From an uncultured Solirubrobacterales bacterium (GTDB lineage Bacteria; Actinomycetota; Thermoleophilia; Solirubrobacterales; 70-9): a stretch of 64,000 bases of DNA. The DNA is taken from positions 34,092 to 98,091 of the forward strand of contig CAWEQY010000008.1 of NCBI GenBank assembly GCA_963811375.1, given 5' to 3'. Below the pieces are notes generated by a model that ran no database searches, was not told where the DNA came from, and saw only the letters and a program-made list of their open reading frames with translations. The position numbers were made by a program, and so were the translations under genes. This document shows positions 61,091 to 64,000 of the stretch, piece by piece (the stretch's first letter is position 1; each line of letters starts with the position of its first letter).

Positions 61091-61761
61091 GCTCCGTGGT
61101 CGACTCGCAGATGGGCTGGGACCCACCGCCGCGGCAGGGCTGGGTTGCACCGCACATCGCGGCCGAGTTTCCCGGCCTGGGGATCGCCTGGGTCGAGGTC
61201 GACGCCCGGCCGGGGCGCAGCCCCGAGCCGGTCCGCCACCGCCTCCGGGACCTCTCCGATCGCTTCTACGGCGCCCAGGCGATCCACATGCGCGAACAAC
61301 CGATTCCCTGGGCCTACCGCGTCTTCTTCCGTCAGATCGGTCTCGACCCCGACCGCACGCGGACGCCAATCGAGCAGCTCGCCTTCGAGCGCATCCGCGA
61401 GGGTGCTTTCAAGAGCTACGGGCTGCCAGCAGACGCGCTCACCGTTGCCACCGTCGAGACCGGTGTCGCCCTGCGCGCCTTCGATGCGGATCGGCTCAGC
61501 GGCAGTCTCTGCATCCGCGACTCGGCCCCGGGCGAGGAGCTGCCGGGCCAACCCGGAGAGCTCTCCCAGGGGACGCTGGCGATCGCCGACGAGAAGAGCC
61601 CGGTGGGCTTGCTGTTCGGGACCACCGGCGATGGCTATGGGGTCGAGCCCGACAGTCGTCGGCTGGCGATCGTCGCCGTCCAGGTGAACGGGGTGCCGCA
61701 GATCGCGGTCTCCGAGGCGCTCTGGATGGCCGCGGCAACGGTTGAGGCGGCCGGGCCCTAG
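61087..61761 (+). CDS. B3/B4 tRNA-binding-domain protein (PheT-like)
   Basis: PWAYRVFFRQIGLDPDRTRTPIEQLAFERI and SPVGLLFG resemble the B3_4 domain. Assigned by eye only. Confidence 0.55.
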   Translation: MSSVVDSQMGWDPPPRQGWVAPHIAAEFPGLGIAWVEVDARPGRSPEPVRHRLRDLSDRFYGAQAIHMREQPIPWAYRVFFRQIGLDPDRTRTPIEQLAFERIREGAFKSYGLPADALTVATVETGVALRAFDADRLSGSLCIRDSAPGEELPGQPGELSQGTLAIADEKSPVGLLFGTTGDGYGVEPDSRRLAIVAVQVNGVPQIAVSEALWMAAATVEAAGP

Positions 61762-61824
61762 GAGGCCTTAACCGATTTCTGGCTTGCCACGGCCTGGCCG
61801 TGATCTACACTCAGAGCCAGGCCA

Positions 61825-62358
61825 ATGCCGGATCTGCTCGTAAGAGACAGCCTGAATGGGCTCCACGTCGAGGTTGACGAGCGCCTTGCCCGTGTTGAGC
61901 TGCGACGCCAGGTCGGCCATCTCGAGCGCGAGCTCGCCGGCCTCTTCTCCGAGGCCTTCGGTCGGGTGGAAGTTCCCCACCGCGTCAACGCAGTCACCGC
62001 CCAGCCCCGAGTTCTCGGCCTGGGCGAGTTGGAGCAGCTGCGCGACGAGCTGGCGGAACGGGTCGCCGACGCGCGGTCGACTCTGCGCGAGCGCGGTCGG
62101 GTGGAGGCCGCTAACCACAGGTTGCTGCGTCAGATGCTGGCTTCGCCGGCGGATTTCAAGTGGGTGCAGGTGAGTCGCGACGACCTCGGGCTGCCGGGCT
62201 GCGGTCACTGGCATTCGCGCCCCCGACTCGGCCCGATCGGAATGCTGATGGGCTGGTGGCGGGTCAAGGTTTCATCGGGATGCCCGTTATCCGGGCGGCT
62301 TGCGGCCGTTGAGCAAGAAGCGCAAGGGAAAGCGACCGAGACGAGTGGCGCCCGCTGA
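61825..62358 (+). CDS. Hypothetical protein
   Basis: ORF with a coiled-coil-like central part (LGELEQLRDELAERVADARSTLRERG). No motif recognised. Its 3' end overlaps the next ORF. Confidence 0.35.
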   Translation: MPDLLVRDSLNGLHVEVDERLARVELRRQVGHLERELAGLFSEAFGRVEVPHRVNAVTAQPRVLGLGELEQLRDELAERVADARSTLRERGRVEAANHRLLRQMLASPADFKWVQVSRDDLGLPGCGHWHSRPRLGPIGMLMGWWRVKVSSGCPLSGRLAAVEQEAQGKATETSGAR

Positions 62359-62785
62359 GAAGCCGGCGGCTGGCGCTCCGAAGCCAGCGCCCCGCGTCGC
62401 CAAGCCGGACGATCGCCCTCCCGCTCCCTGGGGGAAGGTGCCGCTGGCGGAGCTGACGATCCTCGCTGGCATCGTCTCGCTGATCGTCGGCATCGTCGGC
62501 CAACATCCCACCGCGATCGGGATCGGCGTCGCCCTGGCCGGCCTCGGCGGCATGGAGGTCGCGATCCGCGAGCACTTCGCCGGCTACCGCTCCCACACCA
62601 CCCTGCTGGCCGGGGCGGTCTTCGTGTTCACGGTTGGCGGCCTCTTCTACCTCGCCGACCAGATCCTCGCGGTGGCGCTGGGCGTCGGCGCGGTCGCTTT
62701 CGCGATCGTCTTCTACCTCGCGCGCCGCGCATTCCAACGCGCTTCCGGAGGCCTCAGCTTCCGGATCGGCGGAATGCGCGGCTGA
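62300..62785 (+). CDS. Small membrane protein with basic N-terminus
   Basis: KKRKGKRPRR is followed by 3-4 hydrophobic helices. The start is uncertain (62300 or GTG 62345). Confidence 0.4.
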   Translation: MRPLSKKRKGKRPRRVAPAEKPAAGAPKPAPRVAKPDDRPPAPWGKVPLAELTILAGIVSLIVGIVGQHPTAIGIGVALAGLGGMEVAIREHFAGYRSHTTLLAGAVFVFTVGGLFYLADQILAVALGVGAVAFAIVFYLARRAFQRASGGLSFRIGGMRG

Positions 62786-62793
62786 GGCCGCCA

Positions 62794-63102
62794 CTAGGCG
62801 GGCAGTGCTTCACGCCCGCTCGAGGAGCGGGAAGCGAGCTCGGCGGAGAGCAGCCGGCGCTGGCGCGAGGTGAGGGTGCCCAGCTGCTTGTTCTCGTTCA
62901 GCGAGAGCGGCAGCAGGAACTTACGGGCGCGGGTGCGGCCCCAACGGCGCTGGCTGGTCAGCAGCTCGGCGATGGTCATGCTCTCGGTCTCCCACGGACA
63001 ATCGCGGATCACCTCCGAGGGATCCGCGTCGCCCCGCGCTATCGAGCGCTTCAGCTCGGCGCGTGCCAGTCGGACCAGGTTGGCTCGTTCGAGTGCCCTC
63101 AT
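62794..63102 (-). CDS. Actinobacterial integration host factor-like protein (mIHF-like)
   Basis: Trimmed to the ATG at 63102. The sequence LVRLARAELKRSIARGDADPSEVI...MTIAELLTSQRRWGRTRARKFL...LGTLTSRQRRLL matches the mIHF layout as I recall it. Confidence 0.6.
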   Translation of the reverse strand: MRALERANLVRLARAELKRSIARGDADPSEVIRDCPWETESMTIAELLTSQRRWGRTRARKFLLPLSLNENKQLGTLTSRQRRLLSAELASRSSSGREALPA

Positions 63103-63464
63103 ATGTTGCGGGGCCTCCACCGGAGATGCGATCGTCGTTGCGGGTGCCGTAGAGGCAGCGTCCACTGGGACTCCTCCCTTCAAGGAATCGGTTAACTGGG
63201 TATCTCGCTTCCGATCGAGGCCACTGGCTTGAAGGCCGTGACCCGGGTCGGACCGAGTTCTCAATTCGTCCACCCCGCCCGGGGTGTTCGGCGAGAGGGC
63301 CAAGCTATGCCGTGCGGGTAGCGGCCGTCAACCCGAGGTGGGAGATACGCACCGCAGGCCGCCCGCTAAGAGCAACAATTTCGGCTCGATCAGAACCTGG
63401 TTCCCATCTGGCCAAGTCTGAAACTACCCATGACGGGGGATGTCAAGAAAGCGTTACCGGCGGA

Positions 63465-64000
63465 TTACGAGCGTGGCAGTTCCGGGAAGTCCTGGATGAC
63501 TCTGGCGATCGTGCCGAGGGCGCCGTCCAGGTGCTCGCGCTCGTGGGTCGCCATCAGGCTGGTCCGCAGCAGCGCCCCACCCGGGGGCACGGCCGGGTGG
63601 ATCGCGACGTTGGTGTAGACGCCGGCGTCGAAGAGGGCCTTCCAGAGCAGCACCGCCTGCCAGTCGTCGCCGACCACCACCGGCACCACCGGGGTGGTGG
63701 CGGTGGTGCCGTCGGGCAGCGTCCCCGGCTCGACCACCTTCAGGCCGAGGTGTCGCAGACCCTCGCGCAGGTACTCGGCGTTCGACAGCAGCGCCTCGAA
63801 CAGCTGGGGCCCGTCCTCGCGGATCACCCGCAGCGCTGCCAGCGCGGCGCCGACCGCGGCCGGGACCGCGGAGGCGCTGAAGATGAAGGAGCGCGAGGAG
63901 ACGCGCAGATACTCGATTACGTCGGCTGGGCCGGCGATGAAGCCGCCGCAGGAGGCGAGGCTCTTGGAGAAGGTGCCCATCCGCAGGTCGACCTCGCCCT
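63465..64000 (-). CDS. PLP-dependent alpha-oxoamine synthase family protein (KBL/AONS/SPT-like), C-terminal part; gene continues beyond the window
   Basis: GTFSKSLASCGGFIAG contains the PLP-lysine block. The frame is open to the window edge. Confidence 0.8.
   Translation of the reverse strand, partial: GEVDLRMGTFSKSLASCGGFIAGPADVIEYLRVSSRSFIFSASAVPAAVGAALAALRVIREDGPQLFEALLSNAEYLREGLRHLGLKVVEPGTLPDGTTATTPVVPVVVGDDWQAVLLWKALFDAGVYTNVAIHPAVPPGGALLRTSLMATHEREHLDGALGTIARVIQDFPELPRS

Overview
This is a high-G+C, densely coding, Actinomycetota-like chromosomal segment. Hand counts on single 60-nt lines give about 68-73 % G+C in the backbone. All product calls rest on motifs read by eye; no searches were run. 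The backbone is ordinary. It carries glycerol and lipid genes (glpK, a PlsC-like acyltransferase, DegV) and several SDR, VOC and F420-type enzymes. It also has an acyl-CoA catabolic cluster: two acyl-CoA dehydrogenases, a crotonase, a carboxyltransferase, a BKACE enzyme, a family III CoA-transferase and a MerR regulator. Further backbone genes are metH, an aldehyde dehydrogenase, an Fe-S/heme helper cluster (IscA, CGFS-Grx, BolA, FprA, HemQ), MlaE/MlaE/MlaF-type ABC genes next to an MMPL transporter, a collagen-like secreted protein and a cyclase-AAA-TPR signalling protein. I saw no rRNA, tRNA or CRISPR array. The standout is a ~10.7 kb integrative island (10324..20994). It is bounded by a perfect 37-bp direct repeat that duplicates the last 11 codons plus stop of an acyl-CoA dehydrogenase gene. 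The island carries xis-int, an IS110 transposase remnant, a 996-aa TPR-CHAT protease and a visibly lower-G+C (about 48-55 %) three-gene operon at 14147..17655. That operon encodes an XRE-HTH regulator, an ORC/Cdc6-like AAA+ ATPase, and a reverse transcriptase with a HEAT-like helical-repeat tail. The RT is not retron-, group II intron-, DGR- or CRISPR-like, and I do not recognise this gene combination as a named system. It is my best candidate for a previously undescribed (defence-type) system. A third, degenerate att-like site inside the island suggests tandem accretion of two elements. A second recurring oddity is a family of four small tail-anchored coiled-coil proteins scattered through intergenic slots.
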